DNA from: Lachnospiraceae bacterium
Lineage (GTDB): Bacteria > Bacillota > Clostridia > Lachnospirales > Lachnospiraceae
Assembly (NCBI GenBank): GCA_017620375.1
Contig: JAFZQN010000080.1
Coordinates: forward strand, 8,130 to 72,129
Direction of reading: 5' to 3'
DNA length: 64,000 nt
In this document: piece after piece, positions 1-9,134 of the stretch
How the letters are laid out: each line of letters begins with the position of its first letter
Position numbering within the stretch: position 1 is the stretch's first letter
Program-made: the position numbers and the translations under genes
The notes under the pieces: generated by a model
Databases searched by the model: none
What the model was told of the DNA's origin: nothing
The model's input: the letters and a program-made list of their open reading frames with translations, nothing else

Positions 1-1463
1 AGTGTGGTCTGTATACCTTTGGGCAGGGACATGACCTTATCATATGCTCCGGAGAGCTTCAGTGCGTCGCATACCTTTTGTTCCTGTTGCTCTTTGGGGA
101 CGTTTTCTCCCATTATTACGTTATCAAGTACGGACATGGAAAACATTCTGTGGTCCTGGAATGCCGTGGCAAAAAGTGCACGGTATTTTTTTAGGTCATA
201 CTCACGGATATCCCTTCCGTTAAGTAAGATGGTACCTTCCGTTGGATCGTAGAACCTTAGTAGGAGCTTGATAAGTGTGGTCTTCCCCGCACCGTTATGT
301 CCGACTAAAGCATAGGTCTTTCCGCCTCTAAATTCCATATTAAGGTGGGAGAGTACTTCCTTATCTTTATAGGAAAAAGATACATCTCTGAATTCTATAG
401 ACTTGATGGTATTTCCGGGATCGGCACCTTCCATATCCTCCGGGATCTTTTCCTTATACTCGAGGAAGGTCCTTAAGTATTCGATAAAGAGTCCGTTTTT
501 AAAGAGGTTGGTCAATGAATCGGTAAATCCTATCAGAATCCAGGTGGTGGATACCATCATGCTCGTGATAACTGCCAGCTGCGACAGGCTCATGGTCTGG
601 CTGACCAGAGTTCTGTATGCACCGTATATCAGCAGACCTTCAAAGATAAAGGTGAAGGTGAACATGACGTAGAGCCAGTGGTTGATCATAGCCTTTTTGG
701 TATACTTCTGGGTAACATCGGAAAGGCCCTGTATAGATTCCCTGTAATGTTGTTTCATAAGGGAAAAGACATTTGTCAATCGCATTTCCTTAGCATATTC
801 GGGAAGGTACATAACACGGTTGATATAAGCTATCCGCCTGTTATAGGGCGCCATGTCCTTATTTCTTACGTAATCAAGCTTGCTGTTTTTCCTGTTGAAC
901 ACGAAATTACCGATGATCGGGAACAGGATGAACAAAACGGAGAGCTTATCTACCTGGAACATAAAGATAAATGCACATATGCTGGCGATAAATCCGAATA
1001 CGGTACCGAATACTACCTCGACAGTCTGGATCAGACGGTCATCCGCTTTTTCCATAGCCAGAGTGTATTTGTCGTAAAAGTCACTGTTTTCAAAGCATTC
1101 CAGTTCAACATTTCTGGATTTCTTAAAAAGCTTTGAGTACAGCCCTTTATTTACTACAGCCCGGCTTATGGGATACACTCTTCCGTTTAGGATACTGTCG
1201 TACAGCGACATACTGCTGAATACTATGACTACGATGATAATGAATGTCAGTATCCTTCCAAAGCTTTCGCCGGTCTCCAAAGAATTGATCACGTACCTCA
1301 TAAAGAATGCACTGTAGAACAGCCATTCAAAATACCCCAGAAAACGGGATACACCCTCATGTACAACCAGCTTGGGGCATAACCGCATTAGTAACCCGCA
1401 GGCAAAAAAGTTGTTTTTCAGGGCTCTGGTACGTTTGATCTTACTGCTTTTCTTTTCTTCCAC
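1..1463 (-). CDS. ABC transporter, fused membrane domain + ATP-binding domain (MdlB/MsbA-like exporter); the C-terminal end lies beyond the left window edge
   Basis: Absent from the ORF track because it is truncated by the edge. My minus-strand translation from GTG at 1463 (RBS GGAGG = complement of 1471-1475, 7-nt spacer) gives VEEKKSSKIKRTRALKNNFF..., then a long hydrophobic region, then the Walker A motif 'GKTYALVGHNGAGKTTLIKLL' (about 270-325). Confidence 0.85.
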   Translation of the reverse strand, partial: MEEKKSSKIKRTRALKNNFFACGLLMRLCPKLVVHEGVSRFLGYFEWLFYSAFFMRYVINSLETGESFGRILTFIIIVVIVFSSMSLYDSILNGRVYPISRAVVNKGLYSKLFKKSRNVELECFENSDFYDKYTLAMEKADDRLIQTVEVVFGTVFGFIASICAFIFMFQVDKLSVLFILFPIIGNFVFNRKNSKLDYVRNKDMAPYNRRIAYINRVMYLPEYAKEMRLTNVFSLMKQHYRESIQGLSDVTQKYTKKAMINHWLYVMFTFTFIFEGLLIYGAYRTLVSQTMSLSQLAVITSMMVSTTWILIGFTDSLTNLFKNGLFIEYLRTFLEYKEKIPEDMEGADPGNTIKSIEFRDVSFSYKDKEVLSHLNMEFRGGKTYALVGHNGAGKTTLIKLLLRFYDPTEGTILLNGRDIREYDLKKYRALFATAFQDHRMFSMSVLDNVIMGENVPKEQQEQKVCDALKLSGAYDKVMSLPKGIQTT

Positions 1464-1482
1464 ACTTTCACCTCCTTGATAC

Positions 1483-1575
1483 GTCATCACTGCTTCGCAG
1501 TGATGACAGTCGGTTCGCGCGACGCCTGGCGCGATCCATCAAAGAAAACTCGTAATGTAATGGAGAGTTTTCTTC
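1483..1575. repeat. GC-rich three-hairpin intergenic repeat, family A, copy 1
   Basis: Three hairpins: gtcatcactgc-ttc-gcagtgatgac; tcgcgc-gacgcctg-gcgcga; gaaaactc-...-gagttttc. The core 'tgacagtcggttcgcgcgacgcctggcgcgatc' recurs inverted at 8716-8747. Confidence 0.7.
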
Positions 1576-1608
1576 AATAAAAAACCACCTGCCGGTAGGA
1601 CAGGTGGT
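1576..1608 (-). terminator. Rho-independent terminator-like hairpin on the minus strand, inside the leader of the ABC exporter gene
   Basis: Minus strand reads accacctg-tcctaccgg-caggtggt followed by TTTTTTATT. Confidence 0.6.
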
Positions 1609-1654
1609 CATTATCATGAACCATATCAAACATACAAGGCATGTTTGACAGACC

Positions 1655-1762
1655 CTATCTCATCCGCGCTAAATCCCGATACACAAAAACACATCTATGA
1701 ATACGATATGACTTCATAGACTGATCACAAGTATATACGGTTGCAGCATACAGATTACGCAT
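1655..1762 (-). CDS. Candidate 35-aa leader/small peptide ORF (MRNLYAATVYTCDQSMKSYRIHRCVFVYRDLARMR)
   Basis: My own translation. ATG at 1762 is preceded by GGAAAGGAGGA, and the stop TAG is the complement of 1655-1657. The ORF is followed by the 1576-1608 terminator and then the ABC gene. No homology recognised. Confidence 0.2.
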   Translation of the reverse strand: MRNLYAATVYTCDQSMKSYRIHRCVFVYRDLARMR

Positions 1763-1924
1763 ATGGGTCCTCCTTTCCTTGGCAAATTGAAAAATATAGT
1801 ACGTAATATACTACTTTGAGGTATAAATGTCAACTACTTTTTAGAATATTGGGAAATTTTCCGAATAAAAACTTCTACTTGATTTTTCATTAACAAAGTA
1901 ATAAAATCACAAAGGTTTATTATT

Positions 1925-2887
1925 TTGAAAGGAATTAAAGACATGACCTGGGTATTACTGGTGCTCGCATACGGACTGATCAAGGGTATGCGGGAGGTAT
2001 TAAAGAAAAAAGCATTGGAAAAGAACACTACTTTGGAAGTGCTTTTTCTGTATACCCTTTTGTCATTCATCATAGTAATACCTGAAATACGGGGTGCCTT
2101 TAATGAAGAAGCTTCAACTCTTGTCGTTGTAGCGTTTAAATCTCTTGCGATATTCTTAGCCTGGATATTTAGTTTTAACTCCATCCGATATATCCCTATC
2201 AGTCTGTACGGTATCCTTGATCTTTCCAGAGTCCTTTTTGCTACACTATTTGGTGTTTTGATCATGAAAGAAACACTTGGAACCGGACAGCTTCTGGGTC
2301 TTTTTCTGGTAGCTCTTGGTTTATTGCTTCTAAAAGCCGAACCCCACAAAAAAGCAGAACACACAGATGACAAAAATATACCTGCCATCCATGTTTTCCT
2401 GTTGTTTTTATCCTGCATGCTCAATTCCGTATCGGGAATACTCGATAAAGTCCTGATGACATTTACTTCCATATCGGAAGGACATCTTCAGTTCTGGTAC
2501 ATGCTTTACTTAGTAATATATTATAGTATATATGTTGTAGCGGTTATTGTTATAAATAATAAAAAGAGTGAAAAACTTTCTTCTAATGACAATGCTCCCA
2601 TAGCTGTACATTCAGCCGAAAAAACACCGGTATTCAACTTAAAGTCAGCCCTTAAAAACTACTGGATATGGCTGCTTGCCATTCTTTTTGTTATTGCCGA
2701 CCGCTGCCTGTTTATAGCAAATGCGGATCCGGACAGCAAAGTTACCGTTATGACGCTTATTAAGCAGTCCTGCTGTTTTGTCACCATACTTGCCGGTAAG
2801 TTCATATTCCATGAGAAAAAGATCTTGCACAAGTTCATATGTGCATGCATAATTGTTGCCGGAATCATAGTATCTGTGCTGTTATAA
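1925..2887 (+). CDS. EamA/DMT-family membrane transporter
   Basis: 320-aa polytopic hydrophobic protein with two EamA-like halves. Confidence 0.6.
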   Translation: MKGIKDMTWVLLVLAYGLIKGMREVLKKKALEKNTTLEVLFLYTLLSFIIVIPEIRGAFNEEASTLVVVAFKSLAIFLAWIFSFNSIRYIPISLYGILDLSRVLFATLFGVLIMKETLGTGQLLGLFLVALGLLLLKAEPHKKAEHTDDKNIPAIHVFLLFLSCMLNSVSGILDKVLMTFTSISEGHLQFWYMLYLVIYYSIYVVAVIVINNKKSEKLSSNDNAPIAVHSAEKTPVFNLKSALKNYWIWLLAILFVIADRCLFIANADPDSKVTVMTLIKQSCCFVTILAGKFIFHEKKILHKFICACIIVAGIIVSVLL

Positions 2888-2983
2888 ACAATTCGTTTGC
2901 AGAGTATTATCGGATATGACATGGACAAACATGCAAGGGAATGGTATACTTTGTAAAGAGGAACGGTTGAAAGGAATACTATA

Positions 2984-3454
2984 ATGAATGACTTAGAGAT
3001 AATGCAGCTTGGAATAGAGGAAGCCGATAAAACAATGAGGATGAATATCGGAGGACCTTTTGGGGCAGTAGTGGTGAAGGACGGAGAGATAATATCTGTT
3101 GCAAGTAATCATGTACTAGCCAATAACGATCCGACAGCTCATGCAGAGGTTGAGGCTATAAGAGCGGCAGGAAAGAAATTAAACACCCATGACTTAAGCG
3201 GCTGTGAGATATATGCGACCGGATTTCCCTGTCCCATGTGCCTGTCAGCGATCATGTGGGCGAATATAAAGAGAGTATATGTCTGCGGTCTTCCGGAAGA
3301 TGCGGAAATAATAGGGTTTAGAGATGACTTTATATATAAATATATCCAGGATAAAATGCAGGATAAAGATGTATTACAGATCATTGAACTTGACCGAAAG
3401 CCGGCACAGGATCTGTATGCAGAGTATGCAGATCTGGATAAAGCGATATATTGA
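2984..3454 (+). CDS. guaD: Guanine deaminase (CDA-fold, GuaD-type)
   Basis: 156 aa with the zinc motifs 'DPTAHAEVEAIR' and 'PCPMCLSAIMW', plus 'GGPFGAVVVKDG' and 'DDFIYKYI', as in Bacillus GuaD. Sits beside the purine operon. Confidence 0.75.
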   Translation: MNDLEIMQLGIEEADKTMRMNIGGPFGAVVVKDGEIISVASNHVLANNDPTAHAEVEAIRAAGKKLNTHDLSGCEIYATGFPCPMCLSAIMWANIKRVYVCGLPEDAEIIGFRDDFIYKYIQDKMQDKDVLQIIELDRKPAQDLYAEYADLDKAIY

Positions 3455-3472
3455 TAACAATGATTTAAAAAG

Positions 3473-3500
3473 AACCCCGAACTGTAAAAAGTTCGGGGTT
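3473..3500. terminator. Bidirectional rho-independent terminator between convergent guaD and purL
   Basis: aaccccgaac-tgtaaaaa-gttcggggtt, flanked by A-run/T-run on both sides. Confidence 0.8.
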
Positions 3501-3517
3501 TTGATTATAGTGATAAA

Positions 3518-6500
3518 TTATGCAAAGTATTTAGCGGCAGCCTTGAACATATTGATCTCGTAGTTACCTGCTACGTTCTTGTACAGACCCTTATCGTAAC
3601 GCTCGCTGTGGCCCATCTTACCGAAGATCCTACCGTCGGGAGAGGTGATACCCTCGATAGCGAATGCTGAATTGTTCGGGTTGAAGAGGATGTCCGAAGT
3701 AGGTGTGCCTGTAAGGTCTACGTACTGGGTAGCGATCTGTCCGTTAGCGGCAAGCTTTCTGATCTGAGCTTCATCACAGAAGAAGCGGCCCTCACCATGT
3801 GAGATTGCTACATTATATACATCACCGATCTTGGTATCGGCAAGCCAAGGTGACTTTGTTGAACATACGCGGGTTCTTACTATCTTAGACTGGTGACGTC
3901 CGATGGTATTGAACGTAAGTGTTGCGCTGTTTTCATCGGTCTCGATGATGTGTCCGTAAGGCAGCAGGCCTGACTTTAATAATGCCTGGAAGCCGTTACA
4001 GATACCGCACATAAGTCCGTCGTTCTTGTAAAGTAAGTTCTCAACTGCCTCAGTAACCTTAGGATTACGAAGGAATGCGATGATGAACTTAGCTGATCCG
4101 TCAGGCTCGTCTCCGCCGGAGAAACCGCCGGGAAGGAAGATTGCCTGTGCATCCTTAGCTGCATTTGCAAAGTAGTTAACAGAATCGGTGATAGCGTCAG
4201 CTGTTAAGTTCTTGATAACGATGATCTCGGGATCAAAGCCGGCATCCCTTGAAGCCTTTGCGGAATCAAACTCGCAGTTTGTTCCGGGGAATGCAGGGAT
4301 AAGAATCTTAGGCTTAGCATTATTAAGTGCGGGGCCGTTATAGCTGATTCTTTCAACGTTCTCGTTGTAATCAAATTTCTCGTAAGCTTTCTTTTCTACA
4401 GAAGCTGTTTCCATAGGAAATACTTTCTCAAGCTTTCCGTTGTAAACCTTAAGCAGATCCACAAGCTCTAATTTCTCTGTGCCAAAGAAGATTGCTTCTT
4501 CTTCCTCTGTACGACCCAGGATCTTTGCATTTTCTGTGAGATCGGAAAGAAGACCCTTTCTCTCTAATGCATCACTTACTTCTATAATAAATGAACCATA
4601 ACTGTAGGAGAAGATATCGTCTTCTGTTACGGAGTCGGCGTATCTGAAGCCGATGCTGTTACCGAAGCACATCTTCATAACAGCTTCAGCTATACCGCCG
4701 ATACCGGGTGTGTACATAGCCTTGATACCGCTGAGCTGGTTGCATTTTTCAATGATAGCGAAGTTCTTCTTCATGGAATCCGGAGTAGGGATGCCATGCT
4801 TATCTCTCTCGGGCTCTAAAAGGTATACGTTGTTAAGTGCAGCCTTGAATTCGGGTGAGATGATGTTGCCGATCTTGGTGGTGGTAACTGCAAAGCTTAC
4901 AAGTGTGGGCGGAACATCAAGCTTTTCGAAGGAACCGCTCATGGAGTCTTTTCCGCCGATGGCAGCAGCTTCATAGTCAAGCTGAGCCTTTAATGCGCCA
5001 AGGAGTGCACATAAGGGCTTGCCCCAGCGCTTGCTTTCCTTCATGGGCTTCTCAAAGAACTCCTGGAAGGTTAAGTAGATGTCCTTATACTTAGCACCGG
5101 TAGCGATAAGCTTAGCGATCGACTCAGCTACTGCAAGGTAAGCTCCGTGATAAGGGGACTTTTCTGTAATGAAAGGATTGTAGCCCCATGACATAAGTGA
5201 ACAGGTATCGGTATGCTTCTTTTCAACGGAGATCTTCTGAACCATAGCCTGGATAGGTGTTATCTGGTTCTTTCCGCCGAAAGGCATAAGTACTGTGCCT
5301 GCACCGATGGTGGAGTCAAATCTTTCGGATAAGCCCTGCTTTGAGCAGACATTAAGGTCGCCGGCAAGGGTGTTATATTTTTCCTTGAAGCTTAACTTTG
5401 AAGGATCCGCAGTTAAGTCAACAGGTGTAATAGCGGGATTGGTAAGACTCTCCTTTGTATAGAGAGGATAGGTCTTTTCAAAATCTGCTGCAGAAGCTGT
5501 CTCAATATCGATATGCTTCTCTGCGCCGTTTGAATTAAGGAATTCTCTGGAGATATCAACGATGGTTGCATCATTCCAGTGCATTCTTAAGCGCTTCTCT
5601 TCGGTAACCACAGCTACCTTTGTAGCCTCAAGGTTCTCTTTTGCACAGAGCTCCATGAACTTATCCATATCTTCAGCGGCTACGACTACAGCCATACGCT
5701 CCTGGGATTCAGAAATGGCAAGCTCTGTTCCGTCAAGACCGTCATATTTCTTGGGTACTGCGTTAAGGTTGATATCAAGACCGTCTGCTAATTCTCCGAT
5801 AGCTACGGATACTCCGCCGGCACCGAAGTCATTACAACGCTTGATAAGACGGGATGCGGTTTCGTTTCTGAAAAGTCTCTGAAGCTTTCTTTCCTCGGGA
5901 GCATTACCCTTCTGAACCTCAGCACCGCAGGTGGTAAGGGACTCTAAAGTATGCTTCTTTGAAGAACCAGTAGCTCCGCCACAGCCGTCACGACCGGTAC
6001 GGCCGCCAAGCAGGATAACGATATCGCCGGGCTCGGGACACTCACGACGTACGCATCTTTCGGGAGCGGCTGCGATAACAGCACCGATCTCCATACGCTT
6101 TGCCTGATAGCCGTCATGGTAGAGCTCGTCTACGATACCTGTAGCCAGACCGATCTGGTTACCGTATGAGCTGTATCCTGCTGCCGCAGTATATGTAAGC
6201 TTTCTCTGGGGAAGTTTACCGGAAAGTGTCTCGCTGATAGGTCTTAAGGGGTTCGAAGCACCGGTCACACGCATAGCACCGTATACATAGGAACGACCCG
6301 AGAGCGGATCACGGATAGCACCGCCGATACATGTAGCGGCACCACCGAAAGGCTCTATCTCGGTAGGATGGTTATGTGTTTCATTCTTAAATAAAAGGAG
6401 CCATTTCTCGGTCTCGCCGTCTACATCAACGTCGATCTTAACTGTACATGCATTGATCTCATCGGACTCGTCAAGCTTTGAGAGCTTACCCTTAGCCTTT

Positions 6501-7336
6501 AAGTAACGGGCCCCGATGGTGGCGATATCCATCAGGTTGATGGGCTTTGTACGTCCGAGCTCCTTACGGATGTTTACGTAGTTTGTATATGCCTCCTGCA
6601 ATTCCTTATCCTCGAAACTTACGCTATCAATAGTGGTAAGGAATGTGGTATGGCGGCAGTGATCAGACCAGTAAGTATCGATCATTCTGATCTCAGTGAT
6701 GGTAGGATTTCTCTTTTCCTTTTTGAAATACTCCTGACAGAAAGCAATGTCATCAAGGTCCATTGCAAGCCCGAGTCTCTTTACCATAGCATCGAGACCG
6801 TCTCTGTCAAGATCTATAAAGCCGTCCATGGTTTCAACGGTGGTGGGGCATTCATATACAACCTTCAAGGTTTCAAATGTATCAAGCTTTGCTTCCCTAG
6901 CCTCTACGGGGTTGATAACGTGATGCTTGATAGCTGCGAATTCGTCGTCCGAGATGCTGCCCGTAAGTACATAAACTCTTGCGGTATGTATAGCGGGACG
7001 CTCCTGTTGGGAGATGATCTGAATACACTGTGCAGCTGAATCGGCACGCTGATCAAACTGTCCGGGAAGGTACTCTACCGCAAAAATACGGTCTGCGTTT
7101 GCCTTGATACCTGCAAAATCTTCCTCTGAGAAGATATCATCGAGCTGGGGCTCAGCAAATACTGTCTTACAGCTCTTGCCAAACAGTTCTTCGGAAAGAC
7201 CTTCTGCATCATAACGATTGAAAAGTCTTACCTTTTTAACACCCTTGATCTGAAGAAGTGCATCGATATCCGATTTAAGTGACTTTGCTTCAAGGTCAAG
7301 TCCTGTTTTCTTTTCTACATAAACTCTGTAAACCAT
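3518..7336 (-). CDS. purL: Phosphoribosylformylglycinamidine (FGAM) synthase, single-chain large type with C-terminal glutaminase domain
   Basis: 1272-aa ORF with an AIR-synthase-like repeat domain and a C-terminal type-1 glutamine amidotransferase ('GICNGFQAL', 'SHGEG'). Confidence 0.95.
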   Translation of the reverse strand: MVYRVYVEKKTGLDLEAKSLKSDIDALLQIKGVKKVRLFNRYDAEGLSEELFGKSCKTVFAEPQLDDIFSEEDFAGIKANADRIFAVEYLPGQFDQRADSAAQCIQIISQQERPAIHTARVYVLTGSISDDEFAAIKHHVINPVEAREAKLDTFETLKVVYECPTTVETMDGFIDLDRDGLDAMVKRLGLAMDLDDIAFCQEYFKKEKRNPTITEIRMIDTYWSDHCRHTTFLTTIDSVSFEDKELQEAYTNYVNIRKELGRTKPINLMDIATIGARYLKAKGKLSKLDESDEINACTVKIDVDVDGETEKWLLLFKNETHNHPTEIEPFGGAATCIGGAIRDPLSGRSYVYGAMRVTGASNPLRPISETLSGKLPQRKLTYTAAAGYSSYGNQIGLATGIVDELYHDGYQAKRMEIGAVIAAAPERCVRRECPEPGDIVILLGGRTGRDGCGGATGSSKKHTLESLTTCGAEVQKGNAPEERKLQRLFRNETASRLIKRCNDFGAGGVSVAIGELADGLDINLNAVPKKYDGLDGTELAISESQERMAVVVAAEDMDKFMELCAKENLEATKVAVVTEEKRLRMHWNDATIVDISREFLNSNGAEKHIDIETASAADFEKTYPLYTKESLTNPAITPVDLTADPSKLSFKEKYNTLAGDLNVCSKQGLSERFDSTIGAGTVLMPFGGKNQITPIQAMVQKISVEKKHTDTCSLMSWGYNPFITEKSPYHGAYLAVAESIAKLIATGAKYKDIYLTFQEFFEKPMKESKRWGKPLCALLGALKAQLDYEAAAIGGKDSMSGSFEKLDVPPTLVSFAVTTTKIGNIISPEFKAALNNVYLLEPERDKHGIPTPDSMKKNFAIIEKCNQLSGIKAMYTPGIGGIAEAVMKMCFGNSIGFRYADSVTEDDIFSYSYGSFIIEVSDALERKGLLSDLTENAKILGRTEEEEAIFFGTEKLELVDLLKVYNGKLEKVFPMETASVEKKAYEKFDYNENVERISYNGPALNNAKPKILIPAFPGTNCEFDSAKASRDAGFDPEIIVIKNLTADAITDSVNYFANAAKDAQAIFLPGGFSGGDEPDGSAKFIIAFLRNPKVTEAVENLLYKNDGLMCGICNGFQALLKSGLLPYGHIIETDENSATLTFNTIGRHQSKIVRTRVCSTKSPWLADTKIGDVYNVAISHGEGRFFCDEAQIRKLAANGQIATQYVDLTGTPTSDILFNPNNSAFAIEGITSPDGRIFGKMGHSERYDKGLYKNVAGNYEINMFKAAAKYFA

Positions 7337-7377
7337 GGTGTGCTCCTTATATGTTATTGTTCAGAAAAATATTGTTC

Positions 7378-8655
7378 TTATTTTAATGCCTTTAAAGCTC
7401 TTGCTCCGATATCGTTACGATAGAAGCCGCCGTCAAACTTGACTTTCTTTGTAAGAGCATATGCTTTATCAACTGCCTCTTTTAAGGTATCAGCAACTGC
7501 TGTTACACCAAGTACACGTCCGCCGTTGGAGAGGAGAGAACCGTCCTCCGCCTTCTTGGCACCGGCTACGTAAATATAGGAATCAGCGTCTGTCTCGGGA
7601 AGCTCCATAGGAAGCCCTTTTTCATATTTCTCGGGATAGCCCTTTGTAGCATATATAACGCAGCAGGCAGACTTGTCTGAGAACTTAACTTCTGTCTCGG
7701 CTAATTTTCCGTCAGCGGTAGCTACCATGATCTTAAAGAGATCGGACTCTAAAAGGGGAAGTACTACCTGTGTCTCGGGATCACCGAAACGGCAATTGTA
7801 TTCGATAACCTTCGGACCCTTGGGAGTGATCATCAGTCCGAAGTAGAGGCATCCCTTAAAGGTTCTGCCTTCAGCGTTCATAGCCTTGATGGTGGGAAGG
7901 AAGATCTTCTCCATACACTCTTTAGCTACGTCATCTGTATAGTAAGGATTGGGAGCAACAGTTCCCATACCGCCGGTATTTAAACCTTCATCGTTATCAT
8001 GTGCACGCTTGTGATCCATGGAAGAGATCATGGGGATCACAACATTGCCGTCGGTAAAGGAGAGTACCGTTACCTCGGGACCGGTCATAAACTCTTCGAT
8101 GACAACCTTGGCACCGCTGGCACCGAACTTGCCGCCGTCCATCATTTCTTTCACAGCTTCTATAGCTTCGTCCAAGGTCTCGGCGATGATAACACCCTTT
8201 CCGAGAGCAAGGCCGTCCGCCTTTATAACGATGGGCATATCCTGTGTCTTAAGATATTCTATAGCTTTTTCAGACTCGGTAAATACCTCATAAGCAGCAG
8301 TAGGGATGTTGTATTTCTTCATCAGATTCTTTGAAAAAATCTTGCTGCTCTCAATGATAGCGGCATTTTTCTTAGGACCGAAACATTTGAATCCGGCTTC
8401 GTTTAATGCATCTACAGTACCTATTGCCAGCGGATCGTCAGGTGCGACGATCACGAAGTCAGGCTTCTTTTCCTTGCAGAAATCAACTATTTTTGCGGTT
8501 TCCATAACACCGATGCTTACACATTCTGCATCTGCTGCGATCCCGCCGTTTCCGGGAAGACAATAAATCTTAGAAACCAGAGGACTTTTCTTAATAGCTT
8601 TGATGATGGCGTGCTCTCTGCCGCCTGAGCCGATAACGGCAACTGTCTGTGACAT
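7378..8655 (-). CDS. purD: Phosphoribosylamine--glycine ligase
   Basis: Sequence 'MSQTVAVIGSGGREHAIIKAI...'. I place the start at the ATG at 8655 (RBS AAGGAG, complement of 8663-8668), not the track start at 8772, which reads through a repeat element. Confidence 0.93.
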   Translation of the reverse strand: MSQTVAVIGSGGREHAIIKAIKKSPLVSKIYCLPGNGGIAADAECVSIGVMETAKIVDFCKEKKPDFVIVAPDDPLAIGTVDALNEAGFKCFGPKKNAAIIESSKIFSKNLMKKYNIPTAAYEVFTESEKAIEYLKTQDMPIVIKADGLALGKGVIIAETLDEAIEAVKEMMDGGKFGASGAKVVIEEFMTGPEVTVLSFTDGNVVIPMISSMDHKRAHDNDEGLNTGGMGTVAPNPYYTDDVAKECMEKIFLPTIKAMNAEGRTFKGCLYFGLMITPKGPKVIEYNCRFGDPETQVVLPLLESDLFKIMVATADGKLAETEVKFSDKSACCVIYATKGYPEKYEKGLPMELPETDADSYIYVAGAKKAEDGSLLSNGGRVLGVTAVADTLKEAVDKAYALTKKVKFDGGFYRNDIGARALKALK

Positions 8656-8679
8656 ATTTTTCTCCTTGTTATTATGATA

Positions 8680-8766
8680 GAAACCCTCCGCTTTGCTACG
8701 GGTTTCCTTTGAATGACCGCGCCAAGCGTCGCGCGGACCGACTGTCAAACGCCGCATAGCGGCATT
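8680..8766. repeat. GC-rich three-hairpin intergenic repeat, family A, copy 2 (inverted relative to copy 1)
   Basis: The reverse complement reads 'tgacagtcggtccgcgcgacgcttggcgcggtc', flanked by hairpins gccgc-tat-gcggc and gaaaccc-...-gggtttc. The outer stems differ from copy 1 but still pair. Confidence 0.7.
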
Positions 8767-8775
8767 CGACAATAT

Positions 8776-8850
8776 GTAACTCCATTTTGCTTCGCAAAAC
8801 GGAGCCGTAGCACCAGGACTCTTCCCACTTCGCTCCGCGAAGCGGGCCCC
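8776..8850. repeat. Additional GC-rich hairpin cluster adjoining family A copy 2
   Basis: Hairpins ctccattttgc-ttc-gcaaaacggag and cttcgc-tcc-gcgaag. GC-rich in an otherwise AT-rich spacer. Confidence 0.5.
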
Positions 8851-8859
8851 TCCTCATGC

Positions 8860-9120
8860 TCAACCGTGTAATCCTTTTGACTGACGTATCATATCTTCAA
8901 CTACTATGTCATATATTTCGCCGATGGAAGCGCAGTACTCTAAGAGCTTCCAGGGCTCATTTGTGTGGAAATGTACCTTTATCAGGTCTTCGTCACCTAC
9001 TGCAAGTAAGCAGTCACCTACTAAATTGGCGGTGATGTAATCGGTGATAACGTCCTCATCAAGGTCTTTTCCTTCGATAAGGAGCTGTGTGTCATAACGG
9101 AACTCGATTTCTTCTGCCAT
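8860..9120 (-). CDS. Small DAK2/FakA(YloV)-like domain protein, 86 aa (stand-alone fragment-sized)
   Basis: '...LLAVGDEDLIKVHFHTNEPWKLLEYCASIGEIYDIVVEDMIRQ' resembles an internal segment of YloV/FakA-type proteins. RBS AGGGGG precedes the ATG at 9120. Confidence 0.5.
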   Translation of the reverse strand: MAEEIEFRYDTQLLIEGKDLDEDVITDYITANLVGDCLLAVGDEDLIKVHFHTNEPWKLLEYCASIGEIYDIVVEDMIRQSKGLHG

Positions 9121-9134
9121 TTGAAATACCCCCT

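Noticed and set aside
1834-2472. 212-aa minus-strand ORF
   Set aside because: It is antisense to, and nested within, the well-supported EamA transporter gene, with low-complexity composition. Treated as a spurious shadow ORF.
8656-8772. 39-codon N-terminal extension of purD given by the ORF track (MSNAAMRRLTVGPRDAWRGH...)
   Set aside because: The extension is a read-through of the GC-rich repeat element. The canonical PurD N-terminus (MSQTVAVIGSGGREHA) starts at 8655 and has a good AAGGAG RBS.
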